Virus record (IMG/VR): IMGVR_UViG_3300037067_002413
Coordinates: 64,001-128,000 of that record
Reading direction: 5' to 3' (one strand)
Length of the DNA: 64,000 nucleotides
Source of the DNA: a virus
Lineage: Duplodnaviria; Caudoviricetes
Position numbers and translations under genes: made by a program
Notes under the pieces: generated by a model
What the model was told of the DNA's origin: nothing
The model's input: only the letters and a program-made list of their open reading frames with translations
The model's database searches: none
Part shown: positions 9,635 to 19,341 of the stretch, in pieces
How the letters are laid out: each line of letters begins with the position of its first letter
How positions within the stretch are numbered: the stretch's first letter is position 1

Positions 9635-10342
9635 ATGAAACTGACTGTTGGTTCTCTTTTTGCCGGCATTGGTGGCTTTGATCTGGGTTTAGAACGCACT
9701 GGCGGTTTCAAGACTGTTTGGCAGGTTGAGATTGATCCATACGCACGGAGAGTTCTTGAAAAGCAATGGCCAAACGTGTTGCGATGGGATGACGTGCGAA
9801 CCTTCCCGCCTAAACCAATTAAACAATGGAAATGTGACGTAATTTGCGGTGGATTTCCATGCCAGGATATTAGCGATGCTGGAAAGCGACAAGGGATTGA
9901 TGGGGAACGCAGCGGTCTATGGTCAGAGTTTGCCCGAGTGCTTCGCGTATTACGACCACGGTACGTCATCGTGGAAAATAGTGCAGCAATCGTCGGTCGT
10001 GGACTCGGACGAGTGCTTGGTGACCTTTCCGAAATCGGGTTCGATGCAGAATGGTCGGTTGTATCCGCGTGCTCGATGGGTGCCCTGCACCGACGAGAAC
10101 GAATGCTCATTGTGGCCCACGCCAACGTCAAGCAATCGAGACAATGCTGGGGGAAGCGGTTCGCGGAAATCTGCAATAAGGAATGGAACCTATGTAAGTG
10201 GCCGGGTGAATCCGAACCTGTACGAATGGTTGATGGGGTTCCCAATCGGTTGGACCGAAACCACTGTCTTGGAAATGCCATCATTCCGCAAATTGTCCAG
10301 ATGATAGGGAATGGAATTCTAGCAATAGAAAATGTGAAATAG
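9635..10342 (+). CDS. DNA (cytosine-5) methyltransferase, alpha-type chain lacking motif IX
   Basis: SLFAGIGG (I), GGFPCQ (IV), VENS (VI), HRRER (VIII), LGNAI (X). Confidence 0.88.
   Translation: MKLTVGSLFAGIGGFDLGLERTGGFKTVWQVEIDPYARRVLEKQWPNVLRWDDVRTFPPKPIKQWKCDVICGGFPCQDISDAGKRQGIDGERSGLWSEFARVLRVLRPRYVIVENSAAIVGRGLGRVLGDLSEIGFDAEWSVVSACSMGALHRRERMLIVAHANVKQSRQCWGKRFAEICNKEWNLCKWPGESEPVRMVDGVPNRLDRNHCLGNAIIPQIVQMIGNGILAIENVK
9849..10304 (+). CDS. nested alternative-frame C5-MTase beta subunit (WPTP + motif IX)
   Basis: WPTPT and GRVNPNLYEWLMGFPIGWT; lies wholly inside the MTase gene; start uncertain. Confidence 0.65.
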   Translation: MDFHARILAMLESDKGLMGNAAVYGQSLPECFAYYDHGTSSWKIVQQSSVVDSDECLVTFPKSGSMQNGRLYPRARWVPCTDENECSLWPTPTSSNRDNAGGSGSRKSAIRNGTYVSGRVNPNLYEWLMGFPIGWTETTVLEMPSFRKLSR

Positions 10343-10358
10343 AAATCGAGGAGAACCA

Positions 10359-10589
10359 ATGAGCGAAGTCGTCATTCTGAGTGTACCTGATAAGAAGGAA
10401 GCCATCTACATTGATGGCACCCTCATTCTGGAGGACAAGTGGATTTCCTGCACGCAACTGTTGGACAAACTCATTCAGCGGAATGTTGTTCACGGTGGCC
10501 GGCGATACGCCAAGGAAGACAGTCTAAATGATGTTGGTCAGTTTCCACGGAGCCTGGCTGAAATCGAGATTCGGGAGAACAGATTCTAA
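10359..10589 (+). CDS. hypothetical protein
   Basis: GAGGAG RBS; TAATG coupling to next gene. Confidence 0.6.
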   Translation: MSEVVILSVPDKKEAIYIDGTLILEDKWISCTQLLDKLIQRNVVHGGRRYAKEDSLNDVGQFPRSLAEIEIRENRF

Positions 10590-11551
10590 TGCCTTGCATT
10601 TGTTATGTTCCAAAGAAGTTTCACGATAGCAGTCTGATGATTATCGACGACGCGAATAGAATCATTCGTGACTATTCGCGTCAGGGGTTCAAGTTGACCT
10701 TGAGGCAATTGTACTACCAATTCGTTGCGCGTGATCTGCTGCCTGCATCGTGGATCGACCCAGTATACAATCTGAAACAGGGATTGCCGGCCGACACGAA
10801 AAACACATTGAAAAATTACAAACGGCTTGGTGATCTCATCAATGATGGTCGCCTGGCTGGAAAAATCGACTGGAATGCGATTGAAGATCGCACGCGCAAC
10901 TTGCAAAGCGGTGCTCACTGGTCTAGTCCTAATTCAATCGTGCGTGCTTGTGCCAGTCAATACGCCGTCGATATGTGGGATGACCAAGACAATTATGTGG
11001 AAGTATGGGTCGAGAAGGACGCCTTGATTGGCGTACTAGAAGGAATTTGCCAAGAGTTGGACGTTCCTTATTTTGCTTGCCGTGGCTATACAAGCCAAAG
11101 TGAGATGTGGGGTGCGGCACAACGCCTAATTGAAAAAGAGGGCGAAGGCAAGGAAACAACAATTGTTCATTTGGGCGATCACGATCCGTCCGGTATCGAC
11201 ATGAGCCGGGACATTCAAGATCGTCTTGAAATGTTTGGTTCGTCTGCAACCATTAAACGAATTGCATTGACTTTCGACCAGGTACATGAGTACGAACCGC
11301 CGCCTAATCCGGCCAAGACGACGGACGCTAGGTATCGTTCTTATGCAGACCTTTATGGTGATGAAAGTTGGGAATTGGACGCTCTCGAACCTCGTGTAAT
11401 CGTTGACTTAATCCGCGAGGCTGTTGAATCAAAGATTGACCATGAGTTTTGGGAAGACGCTTTAGAGCGTCAGGACACAGGTCGGAAACAATTAAGCCAG
11501 GTGTCTGAGGACTGGGATGGCGTAGTCGAGTACCTCGGTCAGGCTGGATGA
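10589..11551 (+). CDS. Toprim-domain protein (Topo VI-A/Spo11-like)
   Basis: LTLRQLYY winged-helix segment, VEVWVEKDAL, LGDHDPSG, ELDAL. Confidence 0.75.
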   Translation: MPCICYVPKKFHDSSLMIIDDANRIIRDYSRQGFKLTLRQLYYQFVARDLLPASWIDPVYNLKQGLPADTKNTLKNYKRLGDLINDGRLAGKIDWNAIEDRTRNLQSGAHWSSPNSIVRACASQYAVDMWDDQDNYVEVWVEKDALIGVLEGICQELDVPYFACRGYTSQSEMWGAAQRLIEKEGEGKETTIVHLGDHDPSGIDMSRDIQDRLEMFGSSATIKRIALTFDQVHEYEPPPNPAKTTDARYRSYADLYGDESWELDALEPRVIVDLIREAVESKIDHEFWEDALERQDTGRKQLSQVSEDWDGVVEYLGQAG

Positions 11552-11561
11552 AAGAAAACAA

Positions 11562-11861
11562 ATGGAAGAAATGATAAACGGTGGTCAGAAAGTAAAACAA
11601 GTCGGGCATGTGGTAACTCATCTTACCAACCGGGCTTTTGCTTATATCAGCGGAGCTTGTGCCCTGATGATCGTGGCGGTCTCGGCTGTTACTGCAACTC
11701 TTTATGCCGTGACTCACAGTTCTGAAACACTTCGCAATCTTGCATCATCCACATTGACGGGCGTTGGCATGGCGATTGGTGGGTGCCTGGGAAGTGCGTT
11801 GATTCTTCGATTTAAGTCAGCCCGCGACTTCATCCGTTCTGTTCTGAAAGATTTGCAATAA
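11562..11861 (+). CDS. membrane protein (2 TM)
   Basis: Two hydrophobic helices. Confidence 0.55.
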   Translation: MEEMINGGQKVKQVGHVVTHLTNRAFAYISGACALMIVAVSAVTATLYAVTHSSETLRNLASSTLTGVGMAIGGCLGSALILRFKSARDFIRSVLKDLQ

Positions 11862-11862
11862 C

Positions 11863-12054
11863 GGCTGACCCACGAGGACATCACAGTGCGCGGCCTCTGT
11901 TCAGGTTGTCCGAACGCTCGGCGATAAGGACTCAACCGAAGACATGCTATCTCTGCGTGCCGTCCTACTCTCGCCGTGGAGTGGTTTACGCAACCAGCGG
12001 TGGGCAAGAGTCCGGGGACGCCCGGTGAGTCCTAACGACTCCCGTGGGTCAGTC
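11863..12054 (+). ncRNA. candidate structured RNA closed by a 12-bp terminal stem
   Basis: ggctgacccacg/cgtgggtcagtc, internal aggactca/tgagtcct pairing; fills the intergenic gap. Confidence 0.55.
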
Positions 12055-12092
12055 TATTTTATATCAATCCTCTATGCTAAAGGTATGCGCTA

Positions 12093-13181
12093 ATGTCTAA
12101 CGTATTTGTTGAATTGACCACGATCGACGAAGTGAAGCCGCATCCTAATGCGACCAAACTGGAAATCGCTGTAATCAAAGGTATCACTACCATCGTCGGC
12201 AAAGACGAGTTCCAGAAGGGTCAACGGGTTGTATTCTTCCCGCCTGGAATCTTGCTGCCGCCTGATATTGCTCAGTTGCTTGGAGTTCAGAAATACCTCA
12301 AGCACGCTGAATTTCCAGGGGATGCAGATCATCCGGCTGGCAAATGCCAGTGTCGAGTTGCAGCGTGCCGGCTTCGAGGTGCGCCAAGTTTTGGCTTTAT
12401 TATTCCTGCTCCATCCACGCTGGACGACACTGCCATTGGAACCGATGTCTCGTGCATGTGGGCAGCCCAAAAGTACGAACCGCCTGCTCGTTATTTCTTT
12501 GGTGATATTATGCCAGAGGACAATAGTTTCCACAAATACACCGACATTGAAAATTATTGGCGGTTCAACAATGCCATCCCTGACGGCACACCAGTACGAA
12601 TCACGGAAAAGATTCATGGAACGAACAGTCGAGTTGGTTTGATCGCCATGTACGACGGTGAGTTCGAGTTCATGGCGGGCAGTCATAAAACTCGCCGGAA
12701 GAAACCTGATGGCGAAAACACGTCCATTTACTGGCGACCGCTGGAAGATCGGTGTGTTCTTGATCTTCTGACGTACCTGTGCGATGAGAAGAATTCAGTG
12801 GTCGTCTTTGGCGAAATCTACGGAGTAGGCGTCCAGGATTTGGATTATGGCACCAAGGAGGGTTACGCGGTCTTTGACATCAGCGTCAACGGCAAATATC
12901 TGAACTGGGATCGGGTGAAAACCTTATGCGATTGGTACGGTGTAAAAACCGTCAATCTTCTTTATGAGGGACCATTCAGCAAAGATTTGGTGCAAGAACA
13001 CACCTATGGACCAACAACCATGATAGCACCCGAATTGATCGCCAGTCCGTTTAAGGGACGTGAAGGGTGCGTCATTACTCCGTTGGTTGAGCAGTTCTAC
13101 GCTCCGACCGGCGGTCGGCTGATTCTGAAAAGCGTCAGTGCTGACTACCTCGATCGGAAAGGTGCTCAGGATAACGAATGA
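12093..13181 (+). CDS. RNA ligase (DRB0094/Rnl2-like) with N-terminal OB domain
   Basis: HPNA..LE N-terminus; EKIHGTN, FGEIYG, VFDI, REGCV, LKSVS. Confidence 0.88.
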   Translation: MSNVFVELTTIDEVKPHPNATKLEIAVIKGITTIVGKDEFQKGQRVVFFPPGILLPPDIAQLLGVQKYLKHAEFPGDADHPAGKCQCRVAACRLRGAPSFGFIIPAPSTLDDTAIGTDVSCMWAAQKYEPPARYFFGDIMPEDNSFHKYTDIENYWRFNNAIPDGTPVRITEKIHGTNSRVGLIAMYDGEFEFMAGSHKTRRKKPDGENTSIYWRPLEDRCVLDLLTYLCDEKNSVVVFGEIYGVGVQDLDYGTKEGYAVFDISVNGKYLNWDRVKTLCDWYGVKTVNLLYEGPFSKDLVQEHTYGPTTMIAPELIASPFKGREGCVITPLVEQFYAPTGGRLILKSVSADYLDRKGAQDNE

Positions 13182-13486
13182 AAACTCAAGACATTTACGA
13201 CGTGTTGAATGGTGAACGCGAGTATCAAAAGCGTAGATGGGGAGAACGTCAACCTGATGGTTCTTTTAGGGAATCAAACCACGAGGTCGGCGAATACCTA
13301 GTCTATATGCAAGATTACCTAACTGCGGGATTTCACGCTTTGACTCACAAGGACGGTAGTTTGGATGCTCTTGATGCCCTCCGCAAGGTAGTTACTCTCG
13401 GCATTGGATGTTTCGAGGAACATGGCATTCGTCGCCGTGATTTGTACTCGACAATCATCAATGCAAGGGATGGGTTGAAAGCATGA
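13178..13486 (+). CDS. hypothetical protein (possibly MazG-like helical)
   Basis: EREYQ..RW...LRKV..L...C.E pattern; coupled to neighbours. Confidence 0.5.
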   Translation: MKTQDIYDVLNGEREYQKRRWGERQPDGSFRESNHEVGEYLVYMQDYLTAGFHALTHKDGSLDALDALRKVVTLGIGCFEEHGIRRRDLYSTIINARDGLKA

Positions 13487-13998
13487 GCAGACAAATCTTC
13501 CTTGATATGGATGGCGTTATCGTGGACTTGCAATGTCCTTTGCAGGAATTGCACCACAGGGACGTGAGTTTGGCGTTCCATCGCCATGAATTGGAGTTGA
13601 CGGACGAACAAATTTGGACTGGCACGGATGCAATTTGGTGGGCACATCTTCCGTGGATGGAGGATGGTCGTGCCATTCTAGCCCTCTGTGAAGATGCAGT
13701 TGGCGTCGAGAACGTAATCCTTTGTTCGACGCCTGCTGCCTGGCCTGGTTCTGCCGAAGGCAAGATTCGTTGGATTGAAGAACAGATGCCTAACTACAAG
13801 AGGCGTTTTATTCTCACTCCAAAGAAAGCATGTTGTGCAAACGCTCGCACGCTCCTGATTGACGATTATGAACGCAACAACGTGGAGTTTCACAACGCAG
13901 GCGGTGCGGCATTACTTTGCCCAAGACCGTGGAATAACAATTCTAATCTCAACACTCTGGATTATTTGAGGGAAGGGATAAAGGAGATGTTGGAATGA
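13483..13998 (+). CDS. second 5'(3')-deoxyribonucleotidase (HAD)
   Basis: FLDMDGV, GK.RW, LLIDD, PRPWN; paralogous to 5319-5879. Confidence 0.8.
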   Translation: MSRQIFLDMDGVIVDLQCPLQELHHRDVSLAFHRHELELTDEQIWTGTDAIWWAHLPWMEDGRAILALCEDAVGVENVILCSTPAAWPGSAEGKIRWIEEQMPNYKRRFILTPKKACCANARTLLIDDYERNNVEFHNAGGAALLCPRPWNNNSNLNTLDYLREGIKEMLE

Positions 13999-14459
13999 AT
14001 CAATACGTCATCTGCTATGCTGCTCCAGACATTACTTGGCAAAAGGTTCTGCTGATCGAAAAGAATCGACCAGCATGGCAAGTTGGTCGTTACAATCTTC
14101 CCGGCGGTCATATCGAGAACGATGAAACGATTCATGCCGCTGCCAGTCGTGAACTCAAGGAAGAAACGAACATTGACTGTCCAGAGGATCGGGTTCGCAT
14201 CATGGGGACAATTGAAGGTGCTGACTTCATTGTCTATGTCTGCCGTTGCGATTATCAAGCCCACAATGTCAATTGTGCTGAAACAATGACTGACGAGCGC
14301 GTCTTCTGGATGCAATTTCCAGAGGCACTCAACCACGAAAAGTTAATCGACAATCTACGTCTTGTCATCTCGTTTTGTAACACGGGATTAGTTGGCTGGC
14401 ATATCGTCAGCGAAAAAGACGGCGTCTTCATAATCACTGACGAGAAAGAAAATGCGTAA
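13995..14459 (+). CDS. Nudix hydrolase
   Basis: Nudix box GGHIENDETIHAAASRELKEET. Confidence 0.88.
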   Translation: MNQYVICYAAPDITWQKVLLIEKNRPAWQVGRYNLPGGHIENDETIHAAASRELKEETNIDCPEDRVRIMGTIEGADFIVYVCRCDYQAHNVNCAETMTDERVFWMQFPEALNHEKLIDNLRLVISFCNTGLVGWHIVSEKDGVFIITDEKENA

Positions 14460-15444
14460 ACCGACTTATCTTAGTCATTCCTCCTTGACCACATGGGGCA
14501 AGGACAAAGAAGAATTCTATATCAAACACCTGGCTGAGACCCGTGCGCAGCATGTGCCGCAAGAAAATTATATGTCCGTGGGTGCCAGTTTCGACGCCTA
14601 TGCCAAATCAGCGTTGCATGAACGACTCTTCGGAAAGGGTACTGATCCGCAGTTCGAGTTCAACACAATCTTCGAGGCGCAGGTTGAACCGCAGAATAGA
14701 GACTTCGCCCTTGAAGCCGGCAAATACATCTATGACTGCTATGTGATGACCGGCGCATTCGAGGAACTCCTTGCTCTGTTGCAAAAATCCAAAGAACCGC
14801 CTCGCTTCGAGTTCAAGGTTGATGGCACCATCAATGGCGTGCCGATCCTCGGCAAACCTGACTGTCGATTCATCCATGAATGCGGCGTTCATGTGATCTT
14901 GGATTGGAAGGTCAAGGGATTCTGCTCGAAGTACGGGGCAAGCCCATCCAAGAATTACCGCTTATGCCGTGATGCCTATGGTCTACCGCATAAGGCAAGC
15001 AAGAGTCACAACACCGCGCATAAGGATTATATGCCCTACGATCATCATGGATTCGAGATCAACAAAACATATTTGGAAGAAGCCAATGAGGAATATGCAG
15101 ATCAGATTTGCATGTACGGTTGGCTTCTCGGCGAACAAGTTGGCGACGAGGAAGTAGTCTGCTGCATTGACGAGATTGTAAGCAAGTACATGCCAACAGG
15201 CAAACCCCTGCTTCGTGTAGCGCACCAGCGCGCACGGGTGAGCAGTGCCCATCAAACGATGGTTCTCGGTCGTGCTACGGAATGCTGGGAAGCGATCACC
15301 AGCGGATGGATTTTCCGTGATCTGACTCGTGAAGAAAACGATGCGAAGTGCCAACACATGGAACAAAAAGTGATGGCTCTCCAATCCGATGGTTCTCTCG
15401 AAGAGAATATGTACGCCAAAATGGCTCGACCGCAAAGGTGGTAA
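14452..15444 (+). CDS. PD-(D/E)XK exonuclease (RecB/Cas4-like)
   Basis: LSHSS N-terminus, G..FD, GKPD...ILDWK, Q..MY. Confidence 0.7.
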   Translation: MRKPTYLSHSSLTTWGKDKEEFYIKHLAETRAQHVPQENYMSVGASFDAYAKSALHERLFGKGTDPQFEFNTIFEAQVEPQNRDFALEAGKYIYDCYVMTGAFEELLALLQKSKEPPRFEFKVDGTINGVPILGKPDCRFIHECGVHVILDWKVKGFCSKYGASPSKNYRLCRDAYGLPHKASKSHNTAHKDYMPYDHHGFEINKTYLEEANEEYADQICMYGWLLGEQVGDEEVVCCIDEIVSKYMPTGKPLLRVAHQRARVSSAHQTMVLGRATECWEAITSGWIFRDLTREENDAKCQHMEQKVMALQSDGSLEENMYAKMARPQRW

Positions 15445-15447
15445 TTG

Positions 15448-16056
15448 ATGGCAAGTCCGCTTACTGTAGTACGAAACGATTATCACTCGAATCCGAAACC
15501 GAGCACGGTGCGCACGCCAATCGGTGTTGCGCAATTCCTGTTTGACATTCTGAATCGTGATAAATACCATAACATCTTCGACCCCGCCATCGGCAACGGC
15601 AGGTTGACTGATCCTTGGGCAAAGGCCGGATGCCGCATCGCTGGATGCGACATCAAACCCCAACTCAAACAGGATCAGTACAATGTTGTTTACCGTGGTC
15701 GTTTTGAGGATGCCACGGTCGGTATGTTTCATATACCCGACCTGGTTCTTTGTAATCCTCCGTTCAATGGCGCGGAAGGAAAACAACTTTACCCGGAAGT
15801 GTTTCTGAAACACATCTTTGATCTATGGGGACAAAGAATACCCACGGTCATGTTTATGCCTATGGGTTTTCGACTCAATCAACGATGTAAGAGCAAGCGT
15901 TGGCGTTGGTTGAGGGATTCTAAAGCAAAGATCAAGTCAATCGTTTCCCTACCGCTTGATGTATTTCCTGGCGTCGAGTTTCATGCCGAGATATTGATTT
16001 TCAACGCCACGCGAATCAGACCGCATTACTTCCTACCCGAGGAGGCACTTCGATGA
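15448..16056 (+). CDS. N6-adenine DNA methyltransferase
   Basis: TP, FDPAIGNG, VLCNPPF. Confidence 0.85.
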   Translation: MASPLTVVRNDYHSNPKPSTVRTPIGVAQFLFDILNRDKYHNIFDPAIGNGRLTDPWAKAGCRIAGCDIKPQLKQDQYNVVYRGRFEDATVGMFHIPDLVLCNPPFNGAEGKQLYPEVFLKHIFDLWGQRIPTVMFMPMGFRLNQRCKSKRWRWLRDSKAKIKSIVSLPLDVFPGVEFHAEILIFNATRIRPHYFLPEEALR

Positions 16057-16523
16057 TTGGCTTCCGTGCTACAACCGAAAAGGACACGCATTACCTGATT
16101 GACATTGACCTAAAATGTTTTGACTATGCCTGGCCTCCAGAGACCTGGCGAGCAGCTGCCAAAACTTGTGTCGCCTGCGTGGCGACGTGGAACGATACGC
16201 CGATCGGCATGGCGATCTTCGGCAAGACGCCTGATGGCGATGTTGAAATTCTCAAGGTGGCTGTCAAACCTGCTTTTCGGAATCGAGGGATCGCGCGGCA
16301 TCTTCTTTATAATTGCCTCCTTTATGCTCGGGAAGTCAATGCCTTTCGGATGGTGATGCTTGTGCCCGAGGGACAGTTGCGTCCAGGTGAGATTGGCGAC
16401 ATCAGCCAATGGCTTGGAAAACTCAGGTTCAGAGCACAAGTACCTCTACTCAAAGATTATTTTGTTTTCTATGGTCAGCCAGAAGATGGCGTGATCTTTT
16501 CCTTACCAATACCACAGGCGTAA
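16053..16523 (+). CDS. GNAT acetyltransferase (RimI-like)
   Basis: VAVKPAFRNRGIA acetyl-CoA motif A; Y..PEDG. Confidence 0.8.
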   Translation: MIGFRATTEKDTHYLIDIDLKCFDYAWPPETWRAAAKTCVACVATWNDTPIGMAIFGKTPDGDVEILKVAVKPAFRNRGIARHLLYNCLLYAREVNAFRMVMLVPEGQLRPGEIGDISQWLGKLRFRAQVPLLKDYFVFYGQPEDGVIFSLPIPQA

Positions 16524-16525
16524 AT

Positions 16526-16885
16526 ATGAGACGCACGAGAAAAGAATTTCTTGATAGTATACCGCATCGACCGCGAAAAACCAATTTCAACGAGGTTCTG
16601 GGTTTGGTCAAGAGGCAGATTAAACGGAAAGCAATCGCTGATGGTTTAATTGTTGATCCTGCCACGCGACCGCCTCGATACCAATGGGCGTGGGAGATTC
16701 CTAAGACCGCGACCTTCAATGTGGAGGACGGAAAACTTCTCAGCGTCAACGAAACCAGCGGCATCGTTGAAGCCAATACGAAGGGTGAAGCGAGAAGCCT
16801 CATCAAATCCCAACTGGGTCTGCGAAAGAAAGACCGGCTACCGCTTGCAATTGTCGTCACCAAAGTCGAAAGGAGTGCATCTTGA
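16526..16885 (+). CDS. hypothetical protein
   Basis: In-operon ORF. Confidence 0.5.
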   Translation: MRRTRKEFLDSIPHRPRKTNFNEVLGLVKRQIKRKAIADGLIVDPATRPPRYQWAWEIPKTATFNVEDGKLLSVNETSGIVEANTKGEARSLIKSQLGLRKKDRLPLAIVVTKVERSAS

Positions 16886-18612
16886 AGTTTCAATCCGAAG
16901 TAAATCCCATGTTCCGCAGCAAATTCAGCGAGGACATTTTCATTGCGAAGTATCAACATACGGGTTGCGAAACATGGGCCAAACTTGCCGACGTGCTGGT
17001 GGAAGACGTATGCGGCAAACTCCCGGATTCAGCAGACGCAAGGATTAAGGGACCGCATCGGCAACAGATGTTGACTGATGACGAAATGCAACTGCTCAAA
17101 AGTTTTATCCGAGACTTGAAGTTTATTCCTGGCGGTCGATACCTTTACTATGCGGGTAGGTCGCGCAAATTCTGGAATAATTGCTATTTGCTACGAGCAG
17201 AAGAAGATTCGCGCGAGGACTGGGCAAATCTCAGTTGGAAAGCGGAAAGTTGCTTGATGACTGGTGGCGGCATCGGTATCGACTATTCGGTTTATCGCAA
17301 AAGCAATTCCATTCTCTCGGGCACAGGCGGATTTGCCAGCGGACCAATTCCGAAGATGATGATGATTAACGAGATCGGCCGCAACGTCATGCAGGGCGGT
17401 TCTCGTCGATCTGCGATCTACGCTTCACTTAATTGGAAGCATGGCGATGTCGAAAAGTTCTTAAACATTAAGAACTGGCAAGACATTACGGTGCCTGGCA
17501 CAAAACTGACGCTTGCCGACATTAAGTTGCAGGATCAAAATTGGCCGGCACCCCTGGACATGACCAACGTGTCGATCAACTATGACACGTCTTGGTTCCT
17601 CCAGATGTGCCAGACGGGCGACCCAGGGGAACTGTTCAAGCGGAATTTACTTCAAGCCGTATCCACGGCTGAACCGGGTTTTTCGTTCAACCTGTTTGAC
17701 CAGGAGAAAGAAACCCTTCGCAACGCTTGCACGGAAGTTACTAGCGCGGATGATTCCGACGTTTGCAATCTTGGAAGCGTCAATCTTGGCCGTGTAAGTA
17801 CAATCGAGGAGTTTAAGACGATTCTCGAATTGGCTACCAAGTTCCTTCTTTGCGGAACATTACGAGCAGACGTACCGTATGAGAAAATCCTGAAAGTCCG
17901 AGAGAAAAACCGACGTTTAGGAGTTGGTCTGATGGGCATCCATGAATGGATGCTGAAACGCGGAAGTCGATATGAGGTTACTCCTGAACTGCACAACTGG
18001 TTGCTATTTTATCGTGGTATCACCAACAAGGTTGCCAACGAGTTTGCAGATAAGTTGGGAATCTCGCGTCCGATTGCCAAGAGAGCGATTGCGCCAACGG
18101 GCACGATTGGAATCTTAGCGGGCACGAGTACAGGCATCGAACCGATCTTTGCGGTTGCATACAAGCGACGTTATCTGCGGGAAGGAACTAAATGGCATTA
18201 CCAATATGTGGTTGACAGTGCCGCTCAAGAACTGATTAACCTCTACAGTCTTGATCCAGACAAAGTTGAGAGTGCTCTTGACCTGGCTGAGGACTACGAA
18301 CGTCGAATGAAGGTTCAGGCCGACATCCAGGATTATGTTGACCAGGCTATCAGTAGCACGATCAATCTTCCGAAATGGGGAAGCCGACGCAACAATCCAG
18401 ACACAGTGAAGGATTTTGCCCTGACACTGGCGAAGTTTGCGCCAAAACTTCGTGGGTTTACTTGCTATCCTGATGGAGCGCGTGGTGGTCAACCTTTGAC
18501 GATGGTGAGTTACAAAGAAGCCGCTGAAAATCTCGGCAAGGAATTTGAGGAAGCCGTTGAGACGCACGATTGCTGCGTTCTGACTGGCCACGGAGGCGTT
18601 TGTGGAGTTTAA
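16882..18612 (+). CDS. nrdJ: class II (B12-dependent) ribonucleotide reductase
   Basis: PGGRYL, NNCY, GGSRRSA, EPG, RNACTE, CNLGS, APTGT, C-terminal Cys pair; no small-subunit gene in the window. Confidence 0.88.
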   Translation: MKFQSEVNPMFRSKFSEDIFIAKYQHTGCETWAKLADVLVEDVCGKLPDSADARIKGPHRQQMLTDDEMQLLKSFIRDLKFIPGGRYLYYAGRSRKFWNNCYLLRAEEDSREDWANLSWKAESCLMTGGGIGIDYSVYRKSNSILSGTGGFASGPIPKMMMINEIGRNVMQGGSRRSAIYASLNWKHGDVEKFLNIKNWQDITVPGTKLTLADIKLQDQNWPAPLDMTNVSINYDTSWFLQMCQTGDPGELFKRNLLQAVSTAEPGFSFNLFDQEKETLRNACTEVTSADDSDVCNLGSVNLGRVSTIEEFKTILELATKFLLCGTLRADVPYEKILKVREKNRRLGVGLMGIHEWMLKRGSRYEVTPELHNWLLFYRGITNKVANEFADKLGISRPIAKRAIAPTGTIGILAGTSTGIEPIFAVAYKRRYLREGTKWHYQYVVDSAAQELINLYSLDPDKVESALDLAEDYERRMKVQADIQDYVDQAISSTINLPKWGSRRNNPDTVKDFALTLAKFAPKLRGFTCYPDGARGGQPLTMVSYKEAAENLGKEFEEAVETHDCCVLTGHGGVCGV

Positions 18613-19108
18613 CGCAGAGATCGTTACCAGAACCTATCTTAGGAACGCATATCGGCTCGCCGAAATGTCTTCCGATGATCCTAACACCAAGAACGGTGCG
18701 GTCATCATTAGTGCTGATGCCAGAATCATCGGCACAGGCGTCAATCGTTTTCCCCGTGGCGTCAAAGTCACGGAGGAACGATTGCAACGACCGTTGAAGT
18801 ATGAGTTCATGGAACACGCCGAACGTAATGCGGTGTTTGATGCGTGCCGACGATGCGAGAATACCATCGGCAGTACAATGTACTGTCCTTGGTATGCCTG
18901 TGTTCCATGTGCTCGCGCAATCATTGAGGCAGGCATTATTTGCGTGATCGGACACAAACAAATTTTCGATCGGACGCCTGAGCATTGGTTGGAAACCATT
19001 GCCATTGGCAACGAAATGTTCCGCGAGGCTGGGGTAGAAATAATTCAGTTCGACGGATTTATTGGCAACTGTACCAGTTTTTTCAACAGTGAAAGATGGA
19101 ATCCATGA
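18602..19108 (+). CDS. dCMP deaminase
   Basis: HAERNA ... PWYACVPC Zn motif. Confidence 0.88.
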   Translation: MEFNAEIVTRTYLRNAYRLAEMSSDDPNTKNGAVIISADARIIGTGVNRFPRGVKVTEERLQRPLKYEFMEHAERNAVFDACRRCENTIGSTMYCPWYACVPCARAIIEAGIICVIGHKQIFDRTPEHWLETIAIGNEMFREAGVEIIQFDGFIGNCTSFFNSERWNP

Positions 19109-19341
19109 AGTATTTACAAGGAATTGGCATAGCCTTAGCATTGTCGATCATCGTGATCGTGGCTGGTTATGCAATTCGAGAACACGATACTGCCGTCTAC
19201 CTGCGAGGCCACAACAATGGTTTCACATGGGGAGTACGATCGGTACGAGGAGAAGCCAGTCGTCTTGGACTCGGACACTGGGCCTTTAATGACCACGGCG
19301 AGCCAGAATTCTCATTCAATGACTACAAGGAGATACCATGA
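19096..19341 (+). CDS. small membrane protein
   Basis: N-terminal TM helix; coupled to neighbours. Confidence 0.5.
   Translation: MESMKYLQGIGIALALSIIVIVAGYAIREHDTAVYLRGHNNGFTWGVRSVRGEASRLGLGHWAFNDHGEPEFSFNDYKEIP

Noticed and set aside
14452-15444. Cas4-like nuclease as the adaptation module of the array
   Set aside because: It lies 33 kb away in the replication/nucleotide block; such PD-(D/E)XK exonucleases are common in phages
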